A DNA stretch of 64,000 bases from an uncultured Clostridia bacterium (GTDB taxonomy: Bacteria > Bacillota > Clostridia > TANB77 > CAG-508). How positions within the stretch are numbered: position 1 is the stretch's first letter; every line of letters begins with the position of its first letter. This document shows, piece after piece, positions 42,745 through 52,387 of the stretch. The notes beneath the pieces are model-generated. The model was not told the DNA's origin, searched no databases, and was given only the letters and a program-made list of their open reading frames with translations. The stretch covers positions 5,760-69,759 of the forward strand of contig CANPVM010000007.1 in assembly GCA_947581805.1 (NCBI GenBank). Direction: 5' to 3'. The position numbers were made by a program, and so were the translations under genes.

Positions 42745-43014
42745 ATAGAAAAAGGAAAATAGCAAGCAAGCTTGTTATTTTCCTTTTTCTTTATTGTTTA
42801 AAAAATTCCCCACCTTAGCCGTATACCGAAAAGAAATTTTTATACCTGTTTGCACAGGTGGGTGTCTTGTTGAAAGCTCCTGGGTTTCTTACTATTATAA
42901 ATAATGTAAGCTTACACGCCACTTTCAAAGGCGGACTCCCCTTAATTTATTTGTTGGTAATAAAATTCTAATCTATACGCACTACGCAGGGAATAATAGT
43001 ATTGATTTATTTGT
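42745..43014 (-). ncRNA. structured ncRNA candidate with RNase P RNA-like motifs (very short if it is rnpB)
   Basis: A minus-strand promoter TTGAAA-N17-(TGC)TAATAT (plus 43022-43050) and a terminator hairpin plus U-tract (plus about 42750-42790) bracket about 270 nt with no ORF. The interior contains AAGGGGAGUCCGCC, UUGAAAGUGGCG, GUAAGAAACCCAGGAGC and ACGGCUAAGG. AG(U)CCG can pair with CGGCU as in the P4 helix with a bulged U. The identity is unverified. Confidence 0.4.
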
Positions 43015-43204
43015 TAGCTTTATATTAGCACAGTCTATTTCATTTTTCAATTCTATTTTTCTTTCAATTTTCTTCTTTAAATTTGTTTTTTACTTGTTAT
43101 CTTATTTTTTCTTATATTAAAATATTGATTTCTCTTTTTTTTAGTATTTGCTTTTTTTCTTATTCTATGCTAAAATAAATAAAATTGTGTTATTAAAATA
43201 TAAA

Positions 43205-44071
43205 TTATTCTAATATAATATCTCTTTTCAATTTATTTTGTTTTACAATTCCTAAACCTATGTAGTTTTCTGTATAAATATTATATATTCCATCTTGTTG
43301 TTTTACACAAATTGAAACTCCATTTAAAAATTTTTCCAGTTGCTCTTCTTGTAAATGAATTTCTGGAAATTCTTGAAAAAGTTTTTTCATAGTAATAATT
43401 TTTTCTTCTACTTTTTCTGGTTCTTTTTCCATTTCTTCTAATGTTATTGACTCTTGCAGAGTAAACTTTCCAACTTTAGTTCTATTTAATTCTTTCATAT
43501 AACCAATAGTTCCCAATCTTTTTGCTATATCTTCGCATAAACTTCTAATATAAGTTCCTTTAGAGCAATGAACTTTAAACTCTACTTCATTTTCTTGTTT
43601 ATTTACATTTTTTAACTCTATGCTATAAATTTCAACTTCTCTAGGTTGTACTTCCACTGTTTGCCCTTTTCTTGCATATTCATATAATTTTTTTCCATTT
43701 ACTTTAATTGCAGAATACATAGGTGGAATTTGTTTTTGTTTTCCTATAAAGAGATTTAAAACTTCTTCTATTTTTTGCATTATTTCTGCATTCCAATCTA
43801 CTTTTCTTTCTTCTAAAATATTTCCTTCTGAATCTAATGTATCTGTTTTAATACCTAATTTTAATGTTACTTCATATTCTTTATCATGTTCAATTAAGTA
43901 TTTTGAAAGTTTCGTCCCTTGGTTTAATAAAAGTGGCAATACTCCTGTTGCATTTGGGTCTAATGTACCAGTGTGTCCTACTTTTTTTACATTTAAAATC
44001 TTTTTGACTTTTACTACTACATCATGTGATGTATAACCTTTTGTTTTATTGATAATGATTATTCCGTCCAT
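43205..44071 (-). CDS. truB: tRNA pseudouridine(55) synthase
   Basis: GHTGTLDPNATGVLPLL catalytic-Asp motif. Confidence 0.93.
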   Translation of the reverse strand: MDGIIIINKTKGYTSHDVVVKVKKILNVKKVGHTGTLDPNATGVLPLLLNQGTKLSKYLIEHDKEYEVTLKLGIKTDTLDSEGNILEERKVDWNAEIMQKIEEVLNLFIGKQKQIPPMYSAIKVNGKKLYEYARKGQTVEVQPREVEIYSIELKNVNKQENEVEFKVHCSKGTYIRSLCEDIAKRLGTIGYMKELNRTKVGKFTLQESITLEEMEKEPEKVEEKIITMKKLFQEFPEIHLQEEQLEKFLNGVSICVKQQDGIYNIYTENYIGLGIVKQNKLKRDIILE

Positions 44072-45517
44072 CTATTGTTCTCCTATTTCATATTCTCCTC
44101 TTTCATTTTTTACTACCTTTCCATGCTCTAACAAATATTTTTTCATCATGTCTAACATATCTGTTTTTTCAATATGAAATATTTTAGATACATTTTCTAT
44201 AATGGTTTCTTTATCGTACCCTTGTTGTAGGTAATTTTTAAAAAGAGCAATTAGTTTTTCTTCTTCTGTATTTATTTCTTCTGTTTCAATAATTCTTTGC
44301 ATTTGCTCTGCGGAAATATCACTTGCTATTTTATTGTCTAGCAATTCTACTTGTTTGCTCTCTTTTTTATACTCTTGAATATATGTGATTTGTGCATATT
44401 TTCTTGCCCTTGTCCATATCATTCTTTCCATTACTTTTTCATCATATTGAAAATTATATATTAAATCGCCACAATTATATGCTATGTAAACAAGCATACT
44501 AGATTTTAATTCTTCTTCTAAATGATAGTCTCCATATCGTCTTTGAATTTGATTTATTGTTGTTCCTAAAATATGTTCCAATATTGCTTTATATTTTTCT
44601 AAATCGCTATTTTCTATTTTTGTTCGACCTATCCATAGTTTTTGATTATGCTCTATTACATCTTTATATACACTACTATCAAAAAAATCTCCATGGTTGA
44701 TATAATAAGTAATAAAGTCATCAAGCGAAAGATTTACTTGTTTACATAGTCTTTCTAGTTCTTCTTTGCTATAATATTTTCCTTCTACAATTTCTTGTTT
44801 TATTTGTTCTACTTTTTTTACTTTTTCAGTATCTTTTATTTTTGGGTTTGCCATGTCATGCATAGTATACCATAAGTTTTTTTCACTGATTCCTAATAAC
44901 ATAGCAAATTCGTTATGGGTGAAATAAATACGATATGGAGAATACAATTTATAAAAATCAACAATTCCTTTTCTATTTTTATTTTCTTTATAATAAATTT
45001 CTTTTCCTTCATTTTGCTCTATAATGCTTTTGCGGATTTTTTCTATACTTTCTTCATTTAATTTCATATTTCGAAATAATCTTGCTGTGCCTTCTCGTCT
45101 TATACTTTTTAAATTTGTATGACTGATTCCAAACAAATTAGCAAGTTCTATGTCTGTTAACCATGTTTTTACTGTTTCGTGCATTTGTGTAAAAAAAACA
45201 TAGTCTATTTTTTGTCCTTTATACAATTGATATGTTTGTACTAATTGTAATAATTTTTTTTGCTTTTCTATATCACTCAGATTTCTATCTTTTAATATAA
45301 TAATCAACCTATTAGGATTTTTCTTACTATCTGATTTAAAATTTTGATAGGCAACTTTTGATATTTGTAATAATTCTGCAAACTCTTGATCTGTCATTTG
45401 GCTTTCATATTCTTGGTACATTTTACTAAAAAAAGCATAATCAATAGACTGTTTCTTTTTTAAATTATATTTTTGTATTATATGTTCTAAAATTTCCTCT
45501 TTTTCCATTTTTTTCAC
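44072..45517 (-). CDS. hypothetical protein with three tandem HTH-like modules
   Basis: Three repeats: IDYAFFSKMYQEYESQMTDQEFAELLQISKVAYQNFK, IDYVFFTQMHETVKTWLTDIELANLFGISHTNLKSIR and VDFYKLYSPYRIYFTHNEFAMLLGISEKNLWYTM, plus a helical C-terminal domain of about 200 aa. Its stop abuts the truB start. Confidence 0.5.
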   Translation of the reverse strand: MKKMEKEEILEHIIQKYNLKKKQSIDYAFFSKMYQEYESQMTDQEFAELLQISKVAYQNFKSDSKKNPNRLIIILKDRNLSDIEKQKKLLQLVQTYQLYKGQKIDYVFFTQMHETVKTWLTDIELANLFGISHTNLKSIRREGTARLFRNMKLNEESIEKIRKSIIEQNEGKEIYYKENKNRKGIVDFYKLYSPYRIYFTHNEFAMLLGISEKNLWYTMHDMANPKIKDTEKVKKVEQIKQEIVEGKYYSKEELERLCKQVNLSLDDFITYYINHGDFFDSSVYKDVIEHNQKLWIGRTKIENSDLEKYKAILEHILGTTINQIQRRYGDYHLEEELKSSMLVYIAYNCGDLIYNFQYDEKVMERMIWTRARKYAQITYIQEYKKESKQVELLDNKIASDISAEQMQRIIETEEINTEEEKLIALFKNYLQQGYDKETIIENVSKIFHIEKTDMLDMMKKYLLEHGKVVKNERGEYEIGEQ

Positions 45518-45578
45518 CTAAAAAAATTATATCTCTTTTTTAACATAATGTCAAAGAGATATAATTTTTTTTGCTTTA

Positions 45579-46526
45579 TTATAAGTACATTTTTACTTGG
45601 TTTATAATCTTTTCTTTTACCTGTTCTAAACTTTGCGCTATTGTGCAACCTGCTGCGTGGAAGTGACCGCCACCTCCAAACATTAAGCATACATCTGATA
45701 CGTTTAAATAACTATTAGAACGTAAAGATGCCTTATAACCTTTGCTTGTTTCTCTAATAAAAATAGATACTTCTACGCCTTCAATTGCTCTTCCTTCTTC
45801 TACAATTCCTTCATAGTCTCCACTTTCTGCGTTTGTTTCTTCTTCATCTTTTTTTGTTATGTAAGTGATGGCTATTTTACCATCTTCTAAGAATTGCATT
45901 CTATCAATTGCTCTTTTTCGTAATTCAAAATTTGCTCTTGATTTTGTGTTCATTACTCTTTTATATATGTCTGAAACATTAACACCTTTTTTTAGTAATC
46001 CAGATGCAAATTCAAAAGTTTCTGGTGTAGTACTTTGATATTGAAAACCACCGGTATCTGTAATAATTCCTGTTAAAATGCAAGTTCCAATTTCTTTATC
46101 TATTTCTATTCCAAAATATTCAATAATTTGAATTAAAATTTGTGCACATGCTGGTGCATCTGGATTTACATAGTTATAATCCCCATACATAGTGTTAGTT
46201 CCATGATGGTCAATGACAACTTTTACTTTTGCAGTTTCAAAATAGTTTGACCAACCATTTAGCATTTTAATAGTTGCTGTATCTACTGAGATTGCTAAAT
46301 CATAAGGCTCATTTTTACCTTCTTTTTGAATTTTTTCAGCATATGGTAAAAATTGATATACCCTTGGAAGTTCTGGAATAATAAGTTCTACCTTTTTCCC
46401 CATTTTTTCTAAAGTCATAAGCATTGCTAAACTACTTCCAACTGCATCACCATCTGGGTTTTCATGAGTTAATACAACAATATTATTTGCTTTTTTTATT
46501 TCTTCTAATATATTATCTAATGTCAT
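45579..46526 (-). CDS. nrnA: DHH/DHHA1 family phosphoesterase (NrnA-like oligoribonuclease / pAp phosphatase)
   Basis: HENPDGDAVGS, DHH and GGGGHFHAAG motifs. Confidence 0.85.
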   Translation of the reverse strand: MTLDNILEEIKKANNIVVLTHENPDGDAVGSSLAMLMTLEKMGKKVELIIPELPRVYQFLPYAEKIQKEGKNEPYDLAISVDTATIKMLNGWSNYFETAKVKVVIDHHGTNTMYGDYNYVNPDAPACAQILIQIIEYFGIEIDKEIGTCILTGIITDTGGFQYQSTTPETFEFASGLLKKGVNVSDIYKRVMNTKSRANFELRKRAIDRMQFLEDGKIAITYITKKDEEETNAESGDYEGIVEEGRAIEGVEVSIFIRETSKGYKASLRSNSYLNVSDVCLMFGGGGHFHAAGCTIAQSLEQVKEKIINQVKMYL

Positions 46527-46540
46527 GCTTTTCTCCTTTT

Positions 46541-46897
46541 TTATTTTTCGTCTTTCTTTAAATCTTTTAAAATGGAGTCTATCTTCATACCATACTCCAT
46601 AGAATCATCTTTTTCAAAGACTAATTCTGGCGTTATTCTTAAGTTAATTCTTTTGGCAATTAAACTACGAATATAACCGCTAGAGTTTTTTAATGCTTCT
46701 ATTGTTTTTTCTTCATTTTTTGAATTTAATAGGCTTACATATACTTTCGCATATTTTAAATCCGGTGTTATTTTTACTTTTGTTACACTCATTAAGCCTG
46801 TTGCATCAGGATTTTTTAGTTCAAATGAAATGATTTGACTAATTTCTTTTTTTAATTCCTCGTTAATGCGATTTAGTCTATTTTCATTTTTTGGCAT
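46541..46897 (-). CDS. rbfA: ribosome-binding factor A
   Basis: RLNRINEELKKEISQII..., in the conserved position after infB. Confidence 0.9.
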   Translation of the reverse strand: MPKNENRLNRINEELKKEISQIISFELKNPDATGLMSVTKVKITPDLKYAKVYVSLLNSKNEEKTIEALKNSSGYIRSLIAKRINLRITPELVFEKDDSMEYGMKIDSILKDLKKDEK

Positions 46898-46910
46898 AAC
46901 TTGCCTCCTT

Positions 46911-49754
46911 TTAACGTTTTATTTCTTCCATTACATATACTTCAATGATGTCTCCTTCTTTTAGGTCATTGTAATCTTCAATTTGCATACCACATTCGTA
47001 ACCTTTTGCTACTTCTTTTACGTCGTCTTTGAAACGTTTTAAAGATACTAATTTTCCTTCATGAATTACTACATCTTCACGAATTACACGAACGCCTGCA
47101 TTTCTTTCGATTTTTCCTTCTAGTACATAAGCTCCTGCAATCGTTCCTACATTAGATACTTTAAATACTTGTCTTACTTCTACGTTTCCGATTACTTTTT
47201 CTTCAAAGATTGGGTCAAGCATTCCCTTCATAGCAGCTTTTACATCATCAATTGCTTGGTAGATAACAGAATATTGTTTAATTTCTACTTCATCTTTTTC
47301 AGCTACTTGTTTTGCAGTTGCTACTGGGCGAACATTAAATGCTATAATAATGGCATTTGCTACTTTTGCTAAAGTAACATCTGATTCGGTAACAGCTCCT
47401 GCTGCAGCATGAATTACTCTTACTTTTACTTCCTCGTCAGATAATTTTTCTAATGATTGTTTTAATGCTTCTGCAGAACCTTGTACATCAGCTTTTACTA
47501 TAATGTTTAATTGTTTTAGTTTGCCTTCTTCCATTTGGCTGAATAAGTTATCTAGAGTAACTGGTGCCATTTGGTTAATCGATTTTTCTCTTTGTGTACG
47601 TTTTCTTCTTTCTATTAAGTGTTTTGCCATTTTTTCATCTTTTACTTCATAGAAAATATCACCTGACTCTGGTACTTCGGTTAGTCCCATAACCTCTACT
47701 GGAGTAGATGGTCCGGCTTTCTTGACTTTTTGCCCTTTATCATTTTTCATGGCTCTAATTCTACCAATTGATGAACCTACTACTATTGTATCTCCTACAT
47801 CCAAGGTACCTCTTTGTACTAAGATAGAAGCGATTGGTCCTCTTGCTTTGTCTAAGCGTGCTTCAATAACAGCACCTTTTGCTTGCTTTTTAGGGTTTGC
47901 TTTTAGTTCTAAGACATCTGCTTGTAATAATACCATTTCTAATAATTCATCAATATTTTGATGTTTTTTTGCAGAAATAGGAACATAGATGGTATCTCCA
48001 CCCCATTCTTCTGGTACTAATTCATATTTCATTAATTCTTGTTTTACTTTATCAACATTGGCTTCTGGTAAGTCAATTTTGTTTACTGCTACAATAATTG
48101 GAATTCCTGCTGCTTTAGCATGGTTGATTGCTTCTACTGTTTGAGGCATAACACCATCATTAGCAGCAACTACTAAAATTGCAATATCTGTAATTTGTGC
48201 ACCTCTTGCACGCATGCTAGTAAATGCTTCGTGACCTGGTGTATCTAAGAAGGTAATATCTCTTCCATTGATATTTACCATGTAAGCACCAATGGCTTGG
48301 GTAATTCCACCTGCTTCTCCTTCTATTACATTGGTTTTACGAATTGCATCTAATAATGAAGTTTTACCATGGTCAACGTGTCCCATAACAACAACAACTG
48401 GTGGTCTTGTTTTTAATTCTTCTTCGGTATCTTCTGATTCATCAAATAGAATATCTTCTTCTTTTACTTCTTCTTTCTTTTTAGCAGTTACTCCAAATTC
48501 TTCTGCTACTAAGAAGGCAGTATCAAAGTCTAAGTCATTATTGATGGTTGCCATTATACCAAATCCAAATAAGACTTTAATAACTTCTGCTGAAGTTTTC
48601 TTAAGTTCCATTGCTAAATCTTTTACGGTAATCGATTCTGGAATAGTAATTTCCGTTAGTTGGAAAATCTTTTGGGTTCTTTCTTCTTGCACTTTTCCGG
48701 ATTTTTTCTTATTTCTTTTTCCTCGTGCAGTGCTTAAATCGTAATAGTCAAGCATTCCACCTTCTTGATCATCAAACATATTCGATAAACGGTCTACTTG
48801 TTTTAAATCTTTTAGTTTTCCACCATCAAATTCTTCAGTAAATTTAGAACCTTTTTTGTTTTTGTTTGTTTTTTGAGTTCTTTCTTCTTTTCTTTCAAAT
48901 TTTGCTTTATCAATGGCTTTACTTGTAAAATCTCTTTGATTTTCTTTTTCTACAATATCAGCTGCCATAATGTCTTTAATATTTCTATCAATACCACGTT
49001 CATCTAGTGGTTTTCTTTCACGATTAAAATTACCACCATTACGATTTTGCCCATTTTTAAAGTTATTATCACGTTTTTGGAAACCATTATGATTATTTTC
49101 TCTATTTTGGTTGTTTTCTCTATTTTGGAAATTGGCTTTATTTGAATTATTACGGTTTTGAAAATTGCCTTGATTATTATAATTTCTATTTTCAGAACGA
49201 TTGTTATTCATAGGCATACGATTATGATTTTCAAAACTTTTTTCTTGTTTCTTTGTTTCTACCACTTTTGATTGTGTTTGTGCTACACTTTCTTGCTTTA
49301 CAGTAGTCTCTTCTTTTTTCTCTTCTTTTTTTTGTTCTTCTTTCTTACCAATTCCAAATAACTCACTTACTGTCATTGGTTTTGTAGGTTTATTACGATA
49401 TACAATATTGTAATCTGTATTCTTATTTCTTTCTACAAAGCCTACTTGTTTGTTTTTTTGCTCTACTTGTTTTTGAATTTTTTCTTTTTCTTTCTCCTCT
49501 TCGTCATTAATAATCACTTCTCTTCTAATAATGACTGGTGCTGTATTTTTCTTGTCTTCTTTTACTTGTTCTTTTTTATTTTCTTGCTTTTTTTCTTTGT
49601 TTAATAAAGCATTTTTAATTTTTAATGCTTCTTTTTCATCTACACCACTCATGTGTGATTTTGCTTCAATTCCAAGTTCATTTGCTTTTTCTATAATTTC
49701 TTTACTAGTTAAGCCCATTTCTTTTGCGATTTCATGTATTTTTATTTTACCCAA
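46911..49754 (-). CDS. infB: translation initiation factor IF-2
   Basis: GTPase motifs [22 protein letters not shown] and NKID, with a long low-complexity N-terminal region. Confidence 0.97.
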   Translation of the reverse strand: MGKIKIHEIAKEMGLTSKEIIEKANELGIEAKSHMSGVDEKEALKIKNALLNKEKKQENKKEQVKEDKKNTAPVIIRREVIINDEEEKEKEKIQKQVEQKNKQVGFVERNKNTDYNIVYRNKPTKPMTVSELFGIGKKEEQKKEEKKEETTVKQESVAQTQSKVVETKKQEKSFENHNRMPMNNNRSENRNYNNQGNFQNRNNSNKANFQNRENNQNRENNHNGFQKRDNNFKNGQNRNGGNFNRERKPLDERGIDRNIKDIMAADIVEKENQRDFTSKAIDKAKFERKEERTQKTNKNKKGSKFTEEFDGGKLKDLKQVDRLSNMFDDQEGGMLDYYDLSTARGKRNKKKSGKVQEERTQKIFQLTEITIPESITVKDLAMELKKTSAEVIKVLFGFGIMATINNDLDFDTAFLVAEEFGVTAKKKEEVKEEDILFDESEDTEEELKTRPPVVVVMGHVDHGKTSLLDAIRKTNVIEGEAGGITQAIGAYMVNINGRDITFLDTPGHEAFTSMRARGAQITDIAILVVAANDGVMPQTVEAINHAKAAGIPIIVAVNKIDLPEANVDKVKQELMKYELVPEEWGGDTIYVPISAKKHQNIDELLEMVLLQADVLELKANPKKQAKGAVIEARLDKARGPIASILVQRGTLDVGDTIVVGSSIGRIRAMKNDKGQKVKKAGPSTPVEVMGLTEVPESGDIFYEVKDEKMAKHLIERRKRTQREKSINQMAPVTLDNLFSQMEEGKLKQLNIIVKADVQGSAEALKQSLEKLSDEEVKVRVIHAAAGAVTESDVTLAKVANAIIIAFNVRPVATAKQVAEKDEVEIKQYSVIYQAIDDVKAAMKGMLDPIFEEKVIGNVEVRQVFKVSNVGTIAGAYVLEGKIERNAGVRVIREDVVIHEGKLVSLKRFKDDVKEVAKGYECGMQIEDYNDLKEGDIIEVYVMEEIKR

Positions 49755-50070
49755 TCACTTCACCCCCATCAATTCTTTTCATTAATTCTTTTGCAAAATT
49801 TTCTTCTTTTATCACAACAATTGCCTTATTTACTTGCCCTATACTTTGGCTTAATTTTTCTATATTTCCAAATATTCGAACTGGTACTTGATATACCTTT
49901 GCTAGTTCTTCTAAAGTTTTTTTTGTTCTCATACTAGCATCTACTGCAATAAGTATTAATTTTGCTTTTCCTTTTTTTATATCTTCTTTTGAACTTTCTG
50001 TTCCAAAACTTATTTTTCCTGTTCTTCGTGCTAGCCCAATGAAACCATATATGTTATGATTTTCTTCCAA
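49747..50070 (-). CDS. ylxQ: L7Ae-family RNA-binding protein YlxQ
   Basis: About 100 aa, with [12 protein letters not shown] and LILIAVDAS motifs, located between ylxR and infB. Confidence 0.8.
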   Translation of the reverse strand: MEENHNIYGFIGLARRTGKISFGTESSKEDIKKGKAKLILIAVDASMRTKKTLEELAKVYQVPVRIFGNIEKLSQSIGQVNKAIVVIKEENFAKELMKRIDGGEVIG

Positions 50071-50097
50071 ATATTTTTCACCTCTTATAAGTATTTT

Positions 50098-50361
50098 TTA
50101 CTTCAATACTTCTTTTAATTCTTTGTATATGTTTTCATCAATTGTTGTTTCAAATGTTCTTTCTAATCGTTTGGTTTTTATTGCTTTTTCTAAACATTCT
50201 TTGTTATTACAAAGATACGCTCCTCGACCATTTGCTTTTCCTGTTGTATCAATAAAAATATTTCCATCTTTATTTTTTACAATACGAATTAATTCTTTTT
50301 TTTCTTTATTTTCATTGCATCCTATGCAAGTACGTTTTGGTATTTTTTTCAAACTTCTCAC
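50098..50361 (-). CDS. ylxR: YlxR family protein (DUF448)
   Basis: RTCIGCNENKEKKELIRIV...GRGAYLC. Confidence 0.85.
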   Translation of the reverse strand: MRSLKKIPKRTCIGCNENKEKKELIRIVKNKDGNIFIDTTGKANGRGAYLCNNKECLEKAIKTKRLERTFETTIDENIYKELKEVLK

Positions 50362-50395
50362 ACCTTTATTCTATTGTATTTCCTTGAAATTTGCT

Positions 50396-51553
50396 TTATT
50401 CTTCTATTTCTGTAGCTTCTTCTACTTCTTCCGCTTGTTCTGCTTGCATTTTTTCAATCATTTCTCTAAATTGACTTTCGCTCTTAATATCTATTTTCCA
50501 TGAAGTTAACCTTGCTGCTAAACGTGCATTTTGTCCTGCTTTTCCAATAGCTAATGATAATTGGTCATCTGGTACAATGACTTGTGCAAAATGTTCTTCT
50601 TCTTTAATATCTACTGCCATTACTTGTGCTGGAAGTAATGCAGAAGAAATATAAATAGCTGGGTCTTCATTCCATTCAATAACATCAATTTTTTCACCAC
50701 TTAATTCATTGATAATATTTTGAATACGAATTCCTTTTTGTCCTACGCAAGAGCCAACTGGGTCAATGTTTGGATTTTGAGAATATACAGCTACTTTACA
50801 TCTATTTCCTGGGTCTCTTGAAACACTTTTAATTTCAATTAGCCCTTCATAAATTTCAGGAATTTCAAGTTCAAATAATTTTCTAACAAAATCGTTATGA
50901 GCTCTTGAAAGCATAACTTGTGTACTTCCTTTTAAACCTCTTTCTACATCTATGATGCAAGCTCTTATTTTATCATTTACATGGTAATGTTCCGTTGGTA
51001 TTTGTTCTTTCACTGTCATAATTCCTTCTAATCTTCCTAAATCTACTACAACAACGCCACCATCTGCTTTTTGTACAATACCAGAAACAATTTCACCTTT
51101 TCTTTCATTAAATTCATTGTATAAAAACTCTCTAGAAGCTTCTCTTATTTTTTGAATAATTACTTGTTTTGCTGTTCCTGCTGCAATTCTTCCAAAGTTT
51201 TTTGGTACTAATTCTTTTTCGTAAATATCTCCTACTTTATATTTTTTGTCAATGGCTTTTGCTTCTTCTAATGATATTTGTGTTTTTTCATTTTCCACTT
51301 CTTTTACTACTTCTTTTTGCATATATACATGAATTTCGCCTGTTTCTTTATCCATTGTAATTTTTACGTTTTCATCTTCACATTCAAAATTCTTTTTATA
51401 AGCAGTTACAAGTGCTGTTTCAATGGATTCTAGTAAGTAATCTTTTTGAATTCCGCTTTCTTTTTCTAGTTCCTCCATAGCTAAAATTAATTCTGTGCTA
51501 TCAATAGCTGGCCCCATTCCTTTTTTCTCTTTTTTCTTCATTTTTTTAATCAT
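50396..51553 (-). CDS. nusA: transcription termination/antitermination factor NusA
   Basis: S1 and KH domains, including GSCVGQKGIRIQNI and LAIGKAGQNARLAARL. The true start is possibly the MGPAIDSTEL ATG at 51517. Confidence 0.95.
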   Translation of the reverse strand: MIKKMKKKEKKGMGPAIDSTELILAMEELEKESGIQKDYLLESIETALVTAYKKNFECEDENVKITMDKETGEIHVYMQKEVVKEVENEKTQISLEEAKAIDKKYKVGDIYEKELVPKNFGRIAAGTAKQVIIQKIREASREFLYNEFNERKGEIVSGIVQKADGGVVVVDLGRLEGIMTVKEQIPTEHYHVNDKIRACIIDVERGLKGSTQVMLSRAHNDFVRKLFELEIPEIYEGLIEIKSVSRDPGNRCKVAVYSQNPNIDPVGSCVGQKGIRIQNIINELSGEKIDVIEWNEDPAIYISSALLPAQVMAVDIKEEEHFAQVIVPDDQLSLAIGKAGQNARLAARLTSWKIDIKSESQFREMIEKMQAEQAEEVEEATEIEE

Positions 51554-51642
51554 TCCTTTCTTAATTTATTGAATTTATTATTGTTTAAATGTTTACCACT
51601 ACCTTGTCAAGGCAATGGTAATGCTAGTTTTTCTATTTTTTG

Positions 51643-52101
51643 TTAGTCCCAATGGAATTTTAATTTCATAAGTGAAATATTTTTTCTTTCAATTTGGATT
51701 TCGTTTTCTTCTACTTTTAAATTAATGTTATTTTCGTCCCATTTTTCTAAAATACCACTATATTGTTTTTGCTTTTCCAGTGGTTTAAATAAGTTTACTT
51801 CTACTTCTTTTCCTTGTGCTTGTTTTAGGTGCTCTTCTTTTCTTAAAATTCTTTCTACTCCTGGAGAAGAAACTTCTAGAAAATACATTTCTTTAATGAA
51901 ATCTTTTTCATCTAGTAGAGGGTTTATTACATTACTTACGGCTTCACAATCGTTTAAGTCTATTCCTGTTTCTTTGTCTATAAAAACTCGTAAAAAATAA
52001 TCTTTTCCTTCTTTTACATATTGTACATCGTAAAGTTGATAGCCTAAATCTTCTATTGGCTTTTTTAGTACATTTTCTACTTTTTCCTCTATGCTTGCCA
52101 A
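51643..52101 (-). CDS. rimP: ribosome maturation factor RimP
   Basis: 152 aa, LEVSSPGVERIL motif, first gene of the nusA-infB operon. Confidence 0.9.
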   Translation of the reverse strand: MASIEEKVENVLKKPIEDLGYQLYDVQYVKEGKDYFLRVFIDKETGIDLNDCEAVSNVINPLLDEKDFIKEMYFLEVSSPGVERILRKEEHLKQAQGKEVEVNLFKPLEKQKQYSGILEKWDENNINLKVEENEIQIERKNISLMKLKFHWD

Positions 52102-52223
52102 GGCTTTTCCTCCTTTTTCTTTTTGGTAAAGGGCACATCTTTTTCTCTTAATATTCCTATAGGGATAAGATATGTTTCTAACAGTATTTTAACATTCTGT
52201 TTAATTTTATATTTGCAATAATT

Positions 52224-52248
52224 AAGAGCGGAATTTGTTTCCGCTCTT
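52224..52248. promoter_or_regulatory. G+C-rich inverted repeat in the rimP/mutS2 divergent spacer
   Basis: AAGAGCGGAA-TTTGT-TTCCGCTCTT, with 10-bp arms. No upstream gene on either strand needs a terminator here. Confidence 0.4.
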
Positions 52249-52387
52249 CTAAAATCTTTTTGTTTACTTTGTCTATTATACCCTATTTTGGAAGAAATTA
52301 CAAGTACTTTTGTAAAATTTGTTGATTTTTTTTACTATTTTATTTTTCATTTTTTTATGATATACTATTATTGTAGAAAGGATTTTT

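Noticed and set aside
42745-43014. A Mn2+ (yybP-ykoY) riboswitch reading of the truB-prmC RNA, based on AAGGGGAGU and CAAGACACCC strings.
   Set aside because: Only two short strings resemble that motif, the rest of the four-way-junction consensus is missing, and the downstream gene (prmC) is not a metal transporter. The RNase P-like resemblance is broader, though still unproven.
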